From the NCBI RefSeq assembly GCF_021869535.1, contig NW_026262582.1:8680001-8744000 (forward strand): DNA of 64,000 nt, in the 5' to 3' direction. The position numbers and the translations under genes were made by a program. This stretch comes from Mytilus californianus. Lineage: Eukaryota. The notes below the pieces were generated by a model. That model did no database searches. It had not been told where the DNA came from and was given only the letters and a program-made list of their open reading frames with translations. Shown one piece after another: positions 1 to 13,689 of the stretch (position 1 is the first letter of the stretch; each line of letters starts with the position of its first letter).

Positions 1-642
1 TTTGCGCTTTAGACTTTGATGCACCTGTACAAAGTTGACAAGACATTTTCGCTTTTAACCTATAACAGTTTACCTGTAATCTTAGAAAATTTACCAAAGT
101 CATGGACTGATGGACATACTTTCACGCAAACGTCCCACGCCGGACAAGACTTAAAAATCAGAAAACAATATTTTTTTACCAATTGATATACATTTGTATT
201 TGCAACTAGTTGAAGCGTGTAATTATTTTAATAAGAACGAACATTACTGCTTTCATTTTTTTCATTTTTTTTTTATTTCAACACTTTTCCTTTAAAGTTA
301 TTAAAATAACTAAAAACGTGTCTAGATAAGAAGCTTTACAAGATAAAAGGATCTCCAGGAGCGTAAATTGTCGTAAAGTAAAAGTAAATATGTATCTATA
401 ATGCTAAATGCATCCGCTCTGGAAATATATGCATATGTACGCCTTTTTTGTAAGGGTTGTTACTTTCAGTTATATGGAGTGTCGTTCGTGTGTACATACT
501 ATGGCAATATTGGCTAATGTATTGTTTATTCCGTAGCTGCGCTGACATTAACTAAAAAGGTACCAAGATTACGTTATTTTACTTGATTGTTTGATCAGCC
601 TGTTCAAAATAGCTACAGACCTTCTAAAATTCAAACTGACCA

Positions 643-890
643 CACGCACGATACACGCACGCACGATACACGCACGCACGATACACGCACGGTGAATGCA
701 CGATACACGATACACGCACGATGAGCGATGAGCGTTACACGGAGGATTAACGAAAAATGAATGATGAATGATGAACGCACGATACACGCACGATGCACGA
801 TTAATGATGAACACACGATACACGCACGATACACGCACGATACACGAACGGTGAATGATTCATTGCCGAATGAACGATAGGCGCTTAATA
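643..890 (+). repeat. Subterminal minisatellite (GCACGATACAC / GAATGAT units)
   Basis: Degenerate tandem GCACGATACAC repeats directly inside the left TIR; they account for the spurious low-complexity ORFs 569-838 and 631-834. Confidence 0.85.
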
Positions 891-1149
891 CACGGTTCTC
901 AAAGCCATTTTATTTGGAATTGCATTTAAAATTGATGTATGATAATGAAAATCTATAAGGGTATACAAATTTTAGATATCTCGCTTTCTGTGTTGATTGG
1001 TCGACAGTTTTACTAAACACTCCATGTACTAAATAAATTAATTGTAGTATAGTATTTCCAATATCAATGAGTGTTGTCAAATTATAAAACTCATCGATTT
1101 TATAATTCTACTTAATATAAATAATTTATAAATTGCTACGTTTTAAAGA

Positions 1150-1240
1150 GTGGCGATTCCAGCCATTTTTAAAAAGAGGGTTCTCAACCCAGGATAAAAG
1201 GGGTGGTTTTAACCATATGTCCCCATTCAAATGCATTGAC
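1150..1240 (-). repeat. Truncated, inverted relative of the MITE at 6035-6157
   Basis: Contains ATGTCCCCATTCAAATGCATTGA and GATTCCAGCCATTTTTAAAAA, reverse complements of segments in 6090-6150. Confidence 0.6.
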
Positions 1241-3934
1241 TCCCCACCTCCCCCCCCCCTTTCTTTTTATCTGCCTAAATTTGTAACCTTAACTAATTAA
1301 TTATCATATGTTTACGTTCCGAAATTTAGGAAATATTTGTATGTTTCGAAGTTTAGTATGATGTCCATTATCACTGAACTAAAATTCATTTTTGTTTAGG
1401 GACCAGCTGAAAAACGCCTTCGGTGCGGGATTTTCTACCCATTGGTGGCCTTCGACTGTTTTCTGTCTGTACGTCTAAACACTGCTAAGGACTTATAATA
1501 TGCCACTAAGGACTAGAAAGGACGTGTTACTTGTACTCTGTTTTCATACTATGGTAGAGATAGATAGATTTTTATTACATAAATTCCAATTTTTAAAGAA
1601 AAAGAATCACCATTAAATGAGTAGTTGAACAATATTTGGAACGTGCCGGTTTTTCCTTGATATTGCCGAAAATCAGTGATCCGACTGACACGAGCGAACT
1701 TACATAACAACTGATTAAACAATCATAATCTCTTTTTTTTTTACTTAAGTTACAATGTTCCTTATATTATCAGAATCGTATGAGTTAATTTAGAGCAAAA
1801 TATATAATTTGTCAGAAAAATCTGATTCGTACAAATTAATTAGAAATAGCTAAGAAAATGAAATTTACCAAATAATGAGAAAATTTAAACATTTGTAATA
1901 CCAAACACTTCATAATATACTTCTGAAACGACTTTTCGTCCTGAATATGCATGAAATTTTTGCCACTGGACGTTTAAACAACCACTGAATAATCAATCAA
2001 TCAAATTTTGCTCTCAGTAAAAATGAATTAAACAATATAAGCCACAACTGTATCCACCACTTGGTGTCTGTTGTTTGTTTGTACAGTAAACATACTGAAT
2101 CTTTATATTCCTTATACAATTTCAAGTATGTAATAAACTTCATACATATTTTCAAACATCCTGGCACTTCAAATTTCCTATGAGGTGAGGTTCTCGGGGT
2201 TTTACCTGAAACTCTTTGGGAAATGCAATTTTTAATTCCAATTCCAATTCCAAACTGTAAAAGATATCCCATGGTTTTTTAAAATGCATTTCTAATTTGA
2301 TAAGATTTGAAAAAAAAACGATCTCAATGGTAGTTGAAATTATTCAGTGCAATCATTTTGTGTCCGCCGTTGTCTATTGTAATACTGAACTATACAAAAA
2401 GCTATCCTTGTTCATCAGAAAAGTTAATGTATTTCTTTGATATATGTCATTTTGATCCATATGTGTTGTATATCTTTCTGCATAATCATTCACACTGTTT
2501 GATGCTAATGAGCTATGTGTATTGACTTTAATATGTTTAATTGTTCTTCTGTCATGTTATTTACATATATTGTGTTATATATTTGACCTCATGTTACACG
2601 TTTAAATGTGTCTGAGTGTTTTCTATCGTTAAATCGTCTTTCATACATATCAATTGGTGTATCCACTGTTTGCTGTTCGTTATCTGTTGTATATGGTAGT
2701 CAGGCCTCGCGATCTGTCTCCAAATTTAAGCCCCCACTTAGGTAAAGTAATGATCATTTATAGGGGGGGGGGGGGGGGGTTTCTCGGGACAAACATTATT
2801 TTCCTTCCTTAAAAACAACTTAACAATTTTCTATATTTTTCATTTAATTATAAACCGATGAATATTAAATGATTTTTAAAAAATAAAAAAAAATATTTTT
2901 ATTCTACTATATCTAAATATCTGGGTTATTTTCTTATCCAAATAATTATTTTTTCATTTTTTTAAGGAAAATATGTTATCAGTTATGGCTCCCTCATTTT
3001 AGACATGACATTTTGCTTGATACTGTATGAAGATTATTCGTTGCAACTTTTATGAAGAAATTACCGACTTTTTTTTTACCTGATAAATATACAACAAAAA
3101 TACCGTTTTTTCTTCTTGTATCAATTTCTTTTCACAAAAATTAAATATTAACAAAGAATTGTTACACAAATGTAGAGCCCAATTTTATAACGAAGATATT
3201 TCTAATCTCTTTACCGAAATCCGCATATCTTTATCTTTTGAAACAAAAAAGTTAAGGATGTCTGTTCAAAGGACAAAAATGTCCAAGAAACCGAAATATT
3301 ATACGTAAATGTCGAATAATTCAAACCCATTTGTCTTTTAAATTTAGCACATGAAGATGTAATTTTTATTACATATACAAATTGATTTTGTAAAAATTAT
3401 AGCTTGTATATATGTGAACTTTTGTAAAAAAAAAATCACTGTGGTTCTAGACTGTATCACATGCCCATAATTGTCCTAAAGCTAAATGTCATCGTCAGAT
3501 TATGAGGGTCTGAATAGGGATTCATTATTTCTGTATTCTATCATTTTAGGCAATTTTTTCTAATCGTTATACCTTTTGTCGATCATTCTTTATTCCATAT
3601 ATTCTAGTACCTCATCATTTTCTTTTCTATATATTTGTCTGGTTATTTTTTGTATTCTTTATTTTTTGGTCAATAATTTTCTATTCTATAAACCCCCATC
3701 CACACCCTCATGTATAATGGAAGACGATAAACATTTTAGTATACATACCACCCGTTGTCACTTTCACCTGACATGCAAACCACAAATTGTTATTTTTACC
3801 TGGACACGGGACTTATATAATTACGTAATAATAACGGATATAGTAAATTCAGTCGAATATAACCTGTATCAACGCACTGGCTTGTTAAATGAATATTGAT
3901 CTGACAACTGTTTATCATATTTTTAGTTATTTTA

Positions 3935-4012
3935 AAATTGAGAATGGAAATGATGAATATGTCAAAGAGACAACAACCCGAAAAGAGCAGATGACAGCCG
4001 AAGGCCACCATA
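3935..4012 (+). repeat. Dispersed repeat fragment (GAGAATGGAAATG...GAAGGCCACCA family)
   Basis: Its 3' part matches the reverse complement of ATTGGTGGCCTTCGACTGTT at about 1440-1460. Family identity not established. Confidence 0.45.
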
Positions 4013-6034
4013 TTTGATAAGGTTTTAGTTTCTAATGAGACAGTAACCATCGTATTTTCAGAAAATCTCTAAACGGATAATGAGAGTTTAACGACCTTGA
4101 CTGGCTATACAGCCCAAGCACGGTAGGTCTCTAAAAGTTGCCGAATTTAAGAGCCTATATCAAGAGATAGGGTTTACCTAGCTTTAGGTGTTTAAAAAAT
4201 ATCCATTTAAGAACCAAATGTGGCTTCTTTATATTTATACCAAAATTGAGTTCAAGGCAGTATTTTGTCGAAGAGAACAATTACACAAAGTGCAACATGC
4301 GAGAAGAGGTTTCATTTCCCTTTATTTATTTTTTATTGAAGTGAGTAATCTTTTGAGATTACTTCACGGAAATATATTTTAAATGAAAAGGTGCAACTGG
4401 ATGCATCCCTAAAAAACAAATTTAAATATATATATATTACCTGAAGATCCGTAAAAGCAGTGAAAGCGTTAGTAAAAGTGATGAATTGAAACCGTTATTA
4501 TCTTTTATTAATTTTCTTATATGTTACCAGCATACGGATTCTACTTAACTTTTCTTTATATATATATATATATATATATATAATTTAAATTTGTTTGTTA
4601 TATACATATATATAAAATGACGGATATTCGTCAATCAGACAGCAATCCAACATAAACACGAGAAAGTTACCTGACATCTAGAATAAGAGGTTTAGGCATA
4701 CCCCGCGCTGGTCAACTTTCTGAGTTGTGGGTAAATTTCAATATACATGTAGGACTGTGAAACGGGAAATATACGAAAAATTTGTTTTTACGTACGATGA
4801 AGTGTCATTCCCTCAATACATACGGGTCCACCGTGAAACTATTCTTATGATTATATAACGGTAAATGATGATCTCATTAGAGGAACAAATTAAGTAAAGA
4901 TACATGTTGAAGCAAGAATAATTTCCACATGCAAAACATCAAATAGGACGATCTCTAAATTAGTACGCGGCAACTTTAACTATTACATTCATAGACAATA
5001 ACACTAGTAAATGCTTTATATACTGACATTGAAACAAATATACTGCTCATAATAATTGCACATCTGTAGACTTTAATCTAGGTATACCGCGTTATATAAA
5101 CCATCGCAAACCATCGAACAGCTCATCGCACTTCGGCGCAGACCAGCGCACTTCGCGCGTGGCCATCAAACTTTATGATCTCCATTGCACCTCCGAGTCA
5201 TACACACATATATATTCCGATTTTCTAATAAAAGTTTTTATTATTTTAATTCCCGTAGGTATTGCCAAAAGAAATAGGGTTTACTTAAGGGTTTACACAT
5301 CTTCATAGCTAAAATATTTTGATACTTATATCACGAACAGATATCTATGACAAACATTTCTTAAATTGTCAGTATATAAATTTAGATTTTTTTTTAAGAA
5401 ACGTAGGTTTCAGCTACAGCAGACTAAATTGGCTTTTGATGGATTGAAGGCTTATGTAAAAATAAGAAAATGTGGTATAATTGTTAGTGAGTCAACTATT
5501 CAAGAAAGTTCAAATCAAGAGGAATGCTAGCAGTTATATCTATACGACCTTCAATAATGAAAAAATACGGGAACTGTAAAGTCGGTTATTAAAGGCCCCG
5601 CCCCTACAAGAAAAAAATATGAAACAATTCAATTGAGCAAACTAACGGCCTTCTTTATTTCAAAGCTACATGTATCTTGCCACAAAAAAAAACCCAAATA
5701 CATGTATATAACATAATTGATGTTACGAAAACCACTGAACTACGTGCTTTTGACTTTGGACAGACACATAAATACACAGAATGTTGTGAATGTGTATAGG
5801 CCCTTTATTGGTCATATAGCTCTACACTCCTATCTATTTTATACATTCTTTGGCTTTCAAATATTTAGCATTGAGCGTTCCTAGTGAAAGTAAATCCAGA
5901 AAAGCGTTATAGATGCATGAAATTTATAAAGTGTTGTTTTGTGTGGGGATCAAAACGTAGGGAGCGATGTTAATGTCTGTTTTATATGTGCAATAATATC
6001 GGCCTTCTAACTTTAGTGAAACTCTGCAGTTGTT

Positions 6035-6157
6035 CAGTGACGGATCCAGGGGGAGGGTTCGGGGGGGTTGGAGCCCCCTTTTTTTGGACGATCAATGCAT
6101 TTGAATGGGGACATATAGTTGGAACCCCCTTTTTTAAAATGGCTGGATCCGCCCCTG
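6035..6157 (+). mobile_element. 123-bp MITE with GC-rich TIRs and candidate 5-bp TSD
   Basis: CAGTGACGGATCCAG...CTGGATCCGCCCCTG (13/15 inverted match), flanked on both sides by TTGTT (6030-6034, 6158-6162). Confidence 0.65.
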
Positions 6158-8419
6158 TTGTTTCATGTATTTGATTTGCAAATTATCACAAAACTAAAAG
6201 GATAAGATGGAGGAATTAATAGTTGATCGTTTAACGTCCAGTGGCATATATTATAGATTCATTATTAGGGGGAGTACAATAATTATGATATAATGATGGA
6301 CATTGGCAATCATACCACAACTTCTTTTTTATAAGAACGTACTTGTGTAGATTTTCGTCTTTTACTGTAAACGACAGTGTCCCCGGGAGTCAAAGCCGAA
6401 ATCAAACTTGTGTAAATTTCTGAAACATACATTTCATTATTTAACCCAATGTAAAGCAAAACAAATAATATCGTTTTGAGCTATAAAACCAAGGCAACCC
6501 TTTATACTAGTCAAAAGTTGCTGGATCGTGATAGATGCATACGAAACTTCAATTAATTATTGTATTTTTCAATCTTATATATCCGATAAAGATGAACACA
6601 AAATCTATCGGATAAAAACTACCGATTTTTCTATAAGATAAAATTTATCCTTATTGGAGTCAAATTTGTCATATGGATTCATAAAGGACAAAAAAATGTC
6701 CTCAGTAACGGAACAAAAAATACCCCCATGGTAAAATAATCCGTCATTCTTTAATACAAAGTACGATTGTGAATTATTTTTTCGGATATTAATCTTTTAG
6801 ACATACATTAAAAACGGTGTCCTTGATATGCAACCATGAACACAATGAAAAGTGAATCTGTGAAAGTGTTCCATGTTTATTTCATTTAAATAAAGACTTG
6901 TTATGATAATACAATATATTTAACTATTTTATCAAAAAATTTAAATAAAAAAGAATATCTTAAACTCATAAACAGAATTTCAAGTTTAAAAAGTTCCTCA
7001 ATATAAAATCCTTCTTAAGGAATACGGGATATATTTGCGTGATTTTAATATACATGTTTAATTAAAAAAATGCCTTCAAATACATATGTTTATTTGTATT
7101 CAATTTTCAACAAAGCATATTTAGCTTATTTTAAATGAAAATAAAGAACAGAGAATAAAAACACTGTTGAAGAGAAAATACATATTCGTGTTAAATTCGC
7201 CTCAGTTTAATTTGTTAATTCAAGTTTGACATCTAAAATCTTAATCCGCAATCCACATTTACCCGACAATCTTGTAGATTGTATTTTCTCAATGGAATAA
7301 CCTTACGTGCACGTGACCATCAGAAACGAAGACAAAAATTATATTTGTAATGGTATTTATCAAAACTTAAATGTTTGAATATTTAGTAGAATATGAATTT
7401 GCCAAATAAGCGAAGAATTATAATCTTGCATTGTTCAACATTGGAGAAATGACTCAAGTTGACCATTGATCATGTTAATACTGATTCAATATTTTATTAT
7501 AGTCTCACCACATACAAACATAAAATGAGAATCACAGAAATAAACATAAAACATTAAAACATTTGCATTGTATGTACCAATCTTAAAAAGAATAATGAGA
7601 GACTTTTAAGACACAATATATTTACTCATTTACATTTAAAATTTACAGTGTCCACCTGTACTATATGAAAATAAAACATTTTTTCTTTGAAAACTAGGAA
7701 ATAAAATGCCGTTTCTTTTCAATGAAATATTGTTGATGTTTTTGGCAACTATAGCAGCAACATTGCCGTTATTAAATAAAAATATAAATTTTTCGCTATC
7801 TGATAATTTAAAAAGGTTAAAATGTTCATTAAAATGTTTAGCTTAATGTATCATAATTTGTCTTAAATCTACATATAATGGGCATTTTAAAATGACATGA
7901 AGTTCATCTTCAATAGTAGAGCTACAACACATGTCATCTCGTGGACTTCTTTTCTTTCATACCTTCCAGTTTCTATTTTTAGTGGAGCTACCCCACATCT
8001 AAATTTTGCAAAAGCACTGTTGTTTTTAATTGGCGGAATATTTTTTAACAAATTACAGTTGGCCAACAGTATATTTTTAAGCCCATTTCGCTCAGTTGAA
8101 TAGAAATTCCAATTTTAACTGTTCTGTCGTAGAAATGTCATCATGTTATTGTTTGTACGTAGAACATGTATCATTATATTAAAATGTGTCAGTCCCAGCC
8201 AAGATTCACTGAATAACCACGAAATGTTTACAGATGATAAATAAATTTTACACAAAAATTCATGAATCTGTATGAACGTTATGTACGATGAAGTTAATTA
8301 AGTGTTCACAAGAAAGTAAGTATGAATGTAAATTTTATTTAAAGTCGGACATATATATACACTTTAACCGTGAGATAAAATATAAGCTTTGATGAGCTCT
8401 ATAACCGACTATCATATAA

Positions 8420-8718
8420 AAACCGCAATGAATGAACGTTACCCGATTAGAGATGAACGTTTGACAAATGCACGTTATCTGATGTACACAGTTATACACG
8501 ATTGACGAACGCACGATACACGGTTAAGAATGAATGATTGATGAACGCACGATACACGCACGATACACGCACCATACACGATTAAGAATACACGATGCAC
8601 GCACGTTACACGGAAAATACACGGAACGATGAATGATGAGCGCACGATTGGTACACGCACGATACACGCACGATACACGCACGCAACACGCACGATACAC
8701 GATGAACGCACGGAATAA
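8420..8718 (+). repeat. Subterminal minisatellite (GCACGATACAC / GAATGAT units), same orientation as 643-890
   Basis: Same motif, same strand, directly inside the right TIR; accounts for ORFs 8475-8762 and 8606-8806. Confidence 0.85.
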
Positions 8719-9744
8719 TGGTCAGTTTGAATTTTAGAAGGTCTGTATACGTCATTGTACACAACTTAGTGGGGAAATTACCAATCAACGTACCTCGATT
8801 GTGCATGATGCCCAGCTTAGACTGTAATTTATCCGATTAAGCTCTGTTCTCAATCTTAAATTTGTATAAGAAATCAAAACTTATGAAAAACGGACAAATA
8901 GAGTGTCATTGCTATAAGGTACATAGTCGATGTTTTATTATACATAGTAAGATAATAAGATCCAATGGCATTGAACGATTAAAGCCCTATTCACCAACAA
9001 TAGAGAACCGGGGTGCGTCATGCAAATCCAGTATTTATTAAACCAATTAAAAATATAAATTATTCTATAATTAAATAATGATTTGAACGTTTTCGTAGCA
9101 TCAGATCTTTCACGGCCCTTTTCACGATCTTCAAAAAGAGGTACGTGATCTTTCACGATCCGAAAAATCAATTTTTTGTAAATATTTCATTTTTTGCAAA
9201 ATTTCTGATTATGCTAACACAAATTAACTTTAAGAACCATTTGAATCATTAAAATGGAATGACATTTTACAAAGAAAAGTTGTTTGGTTATTCGAATAAT
9301 GAAAACAATCTTGTTTGTTTACATATTTAATGTCATTGAAATGTCGAGGAGCAATCTGCCTTTTGTAGTTTTGTAAAAATGGTGTACTTTTAAACCTTGA
9401 TTTTTATCAGATACTGATCATAATGTTGAACCATTTTGACAGACAGTTTTTTTATTAGTAAATTTTCCGTATAATTCATTAAATTAGATTAGCAGTTGAC
9501 CTTGCAAATGTCTTCTCGATAAGATTTCATTCACGATCCTATACCAGAGCTTTCACGATCCAATCGCAATACTTGACCACCGTTAGGTATTCTTTCACGA
9601 TCATTTTTCTCGATATACCGAATGACACCCGTGTATCTTGTCTTGATAAGTGTGATAATGATGGTTTGATATCACTATTGCATGCATATCAAGAAGCTTA
9701 AGAGAGCTGCGCATGTTACTTATTTGGAGCAATATATCTTTACC

Positions 9745-9980
9745 CTTCTAGAGCACCTGAGCTCCCCTTGGTTTTTGGTTGAATTCGTGTTACTCTAGTT
9801 TTCCAAATATTCAACTGTAACCACATCCCAGTCCAAGCCCCTCCAATGTGACATAACCTAATGAGAATTTCCACCGGATTTGTACTTACATGAGCAAACG
9901 ACGGGTATCTCATGTGGAGCAGGATACGCTTACTCTTCCGGATCACATGAGATTACTCCCGGTTTTTAGTTTGGTTTGGT
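9745..9980 (-). repeat. Dispersed repeat fragment (CATGTGGAGCAGGAT...CTTCCGGA family)
   Basis: 9905-9965 is a diverged reverse complement of 16870-16930 (GATCTCAGGTGCTCCGGAAGGGTAAGCAGATCCTGCTCCACATG). Confidence 0.55.
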
Positions 9981-11469
9981 TCATGTTGCTCCGTCTCGAC
10001 TTTTCTATGTTGTGTAGACTGTATAAAAATAAGGAGATGTGATATGATTGCCAATGATACACCTATCCACCCATGTTCTAATGAAGTGAATGTTGACTAT
10101 TATAGGCAACTGTACGGCCTTCAACAATGAGATAAAACCATACCGTATAGTCTGCTATAAAAAGGACCTGACATGAAATATATTTTACTAAAGCTTGTAA
10201 ACAGGAAAAAAAGGGGTGAAAATGTGATTGGTTAACTTCCAGTGATGGCTATTATCTTATATGCAATGAAATATTATGTAAAATTTTGTCTGTACTACTG
10301 GACAGTATAAAACTTCACTCGTGCCAAGTACTTCTTTATTTGAAACAAAGATATATTCTGCACAATTTTTTGAAAAGTTCAAATTTAACAAAGACTAATA
10401 GGGGAAAACAATGGTAGTAATACTCCTACAACACGACAGCTTCCGTCAACAAGGTAATGCGCAAGTGCAAATAAGATTTAAAGGTTTAGGATTTTGGATT
10501 TACTAGTATATTGATTTTTCCGTATATATAATAATAAGAATTAGTGGTATGATTGCCAATGAACTCTCCACAAGAGATCAAATGACACAGAAGTTAACAA
10601 CTATAGGTCATCGTATGTCCTTCAACAATGAGCAAAACCCAAACACAGAGTGGACGTGGCAGGGTACTTATACATTCCCACAACAAAAAGACACTAAGTA
10701 CATATCTGAGATTACTCGCAGATACTGACAGCTAGTTCAAAGCCAATAACAACTAATAAAAAAATCATGCATCTAAGACTAAAATATCAATCAGTACACA
10801 TCCAACATCCAATGGATTCAGTGTAAAGACGTCATAAACAGTAATAGAAAAACATGACCTTGTACAACGCCAAGATACAGGTATCGTATATATATATTGA
10901 AAACAACATTTAATCATTTCAGGCGATATTACACAGAGAAATTTTCTGTTAAATGGCTTAGACGTTGAACCTCAAAATCAACCATACCAAGTGACACAAT
11001 GCCAAAGCAAAATCCGTTGCGCCGACCACTGTTTATCAGACTATGTATGTGCTGCGTTTGTATTCAATGGTTGGCAATGTTTATTGTACAATTCATTTAA
11101 TTCTGGCTCAGTAAATCATATTGCGGGTAGTACAATTTGGAAATAAGATCAAGCACCAGTCCTCTCAAACATTCTCACTGAAAAGTCGAAAATGAAATAA
11201 ACATTGTTATTGAATATGTCTACTGAGTTCAATTGGAACGACTTTACTAATTTTTGGTTGCTGTCATTCACATGACAAAACTCCTTGTTTTATTGGAGTG
11301 CACACAGTAGAAAGATTTAGTCGTGGATAGCTATTATTTAGTTATATAATATATATTTTATGTTACAGTGAATTTGTAAAATTTGGGATTTTGTAAAATC
11401 CTTGGCATAATTAGTGATTCTGCAAGATCACTATCAATTTTGAAACGTTTGCTTGCTTTACATGTATTA

Positions 11470-11962
11470 GTTTGTGATTAGGTCAGTTTAAGGGGAACCA
11501 CTTGTGGTAGGTCAATGATATTTGGTATGTAGATGAATTAGCATTGGCACATCTCTTTTCCATGGAAATTATTTAGCTCCGCTCCCTCAGTCATGGTCTA
11601 TTGACTTTGAATGTTCTGCATAGTTTACTGTTAAGTTTGTGATTAGATCAGTTTAAGAGGAACCGCTAATGTTAAGTCAATAATATATAAGGTATGCAGT
11701 TGTATTAGCATTTGCAAGTCTCTTTTCCGGGGTGATTTTATTGCTCCACCCACTCAGCATGGTTCATTGACTTTGAAATTTGCATTGTTTACAAATTAAA
11801 GTTTGTGTTTATGTTATTGTAAAGAAAACCAGTTATGATAAGTCAATGGTATTGGTATGTAGTTTTATAAACATTGGCATTTCTCATTTCCATTTGGTTA
11901 TTTGTACCTGCATCATAACATGCATAAGTCATGGTTCATTGACTCTGAATGTTTTGCATATT
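11470..11962 (+). repeat. Three diverged ~165-bp tandem satellite-like units
   Basis: Units start GTTTGTG at 11470, 11635 and 11801, and each carries CATGGT(T/C)(C/T)ATTGACT near its end. Unit size resembles bivalve ~160-170-bp satellites or Helentron internal repeats (inference). Confidence 0.7.
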
Positions 11963-12821
11963 TAACATGTTTAAATACTGCCATTTGGATTCAATATTTG
12001 TATTATAGTATCAAAATTACAAAAAGGCGAGACATATCTCTGTCAACAGTTTTTTTTTAATAAACACTACACGTTAAAACTATTCTACAATGCTTACGAA
12101 TAAAAGGCATACTAACTGCTACTAGGAGTACGATATACATGTACCATTTAAAAAAACTATAGTCCTTAGATTCAAATGATTACATGACTATCAAATTAAA
12201 CTGTCCTCGGGAATTGAACTCTTTGCTTTTGTAGGCTTAACGGCGTGCCTTTACTAGCGGTTCTACGGATTATTTTAGTTGAAATTCCTCCCAAAGTTCC
12301 TTGTTAAGTTCTAAAGCATCTAATGAAACATTTGCATATTTTCTACTTGCCTCCTTCACCATTTTGACCCTACTACCATGACATATTGATATGTGAATTT
12401 TCTGCACAATGTTGTAAATGTCTAAAAGACATACATAATAAGGGTAGAAAAAATATAGAAACTTATTTAAACATTAATCACTATAATTATGATAGAATAC
12501 ATGTATAAGACAGTATCTGAGATATGTCTTTAAGTAAATGAAGCAAGATTATCCGTTGTCTTTTTTTATTACTATTATTTTGTGGATATAAGAATTTTTA
12601 AATGCTTCATATCAATAATACTACACGTATTTGATTCTTTCATTTATTTGTTTCTATCACAATGTCGATTATTGAGATGTTCTCGTTCTGATATTCATGT
12701 AATATTTGCCACTGGATTACATAGCTTAAACCAATCAATTTTCTTACTTTTAGCGTATGTGTTTTATCCTCTTATAATGGCAATCACTTTAATGTACTGC
12801 TTTTACATTTGATTATAAAAT

Positions 12822-12870
12822 TTGGTATAATTGGTATAATTGGTATAATTGGTATAATTTGGTATAATTG
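12822..12870 (+). repeat. (TTGGTATAA)n minisatellite
   Basis: About five tandem 9-bp units. Confidence 0.9.
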
Positions 12871-12949
12871 GCCCTATACTTTTCAGTAATTACAGAAGCA
12901 CTTTGAAAAACATTTATCTAACTTACTTTCGAACAAAGTAGTAATAAGA

Positions 12950-13400
12950 TAAAAATAAGGAGATGTGATATGATTGCCAATGAGACTTTCCACCGAAGTT
13001 CAAATGAAGTGGATGTAAGCAATTATAGGCAACCGTACGGCCTTCAACAATGAGAAAAACCCAGACCGTATGGTCGGCTATAAAAGACCCCGACATTAAA
13101 AATATGAAACAATTTAATTGAGAAAACTAACAGCCTAATTTATAACAAACCAATTTACGAAAAACAAATATGATAGAAATGAACCAACGACAACCACTGA
13201 ACTACAGGCTCCTGACTTGGGATAGGCACATAAAGAATGTGGCGGGGTTAAAAATGTTTGTGAGAGCTCAACCCATCCCATAACCTGGGACAGTGGTGTG
13301 AACAGTACAACATAAGAACAAACTATAAAAATCAGTTGAAAAAGGCTTAACTCATCAGAAGGATATAAATAGAAATACATCTAACAAAAACACAGAGTGG
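12950..13400 (+). repeat. Longest local copy of an abundant dispersed repeat (GGAGATGTGRTATGATTGCCAATGAGAC family)
   Basis: The same motif recurs at about 5463, 10028, 10540, 26452, 29640, 36885, 43122, 53755 and 57550, with shared downstream GGCCTTCAACAATGAG in several copies. Confidence 0.7.
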
Positions 13401-13611
13401 ACGTAGAGCTTGTTTTATCTTCTTTCTGTGTTTTTCTAGCAATAAGTTCCACAATTTCCTCATAGTTTTCCGGTTCCATGTATAAAATTTTTATTTTTCT
13501 GTTATATGAAGTAAAATTCGTGAGTAATATAATTATACATAAACAAAAATTACAACCTACTCATGTACAGATATACAAGTAAAAATATAAATAGTAGAAT
13601 GGCTGCATATA

Positions 13612-13689
<78 letters not shown>

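Larger units (their letters stand above)
616..8745. mobile_element. 8.1-kb non-autonomous TIR DNA element with TA target-site duplication (Tc1/mariner-like ends)
   Basis: CAGACCTTCTAAAATTCAAACTGACCA (616-642) and its perfect reverse complement (8719-8745), each flanked by TA (614-615, 8746-8747). Related GCACGATACAC arrays lie inside both ends. No transposase ORF between them. Confidence 0.7.

Noticed and set aside
569-838. Cys/Val/Arg-rich ORFs at 569-838, 631-834, 8475-8762 and 8606-8806
   Set aside because: They are translations of the GCACGATACAC minisatellite.
2762-2779. Poly-G tracts (also about 31559 and 48222) as functional G-quadruplex sites
   Set aside because: Simple homopolymers; the equivalent site in unit 3 is short, so there is no evidence of conservation.
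12195-12270. tRNA/SINE-like B-box (GGAATTGAACTC)
   Set aside because: Only a weak partial match; no cloverleaf or matching A-box.
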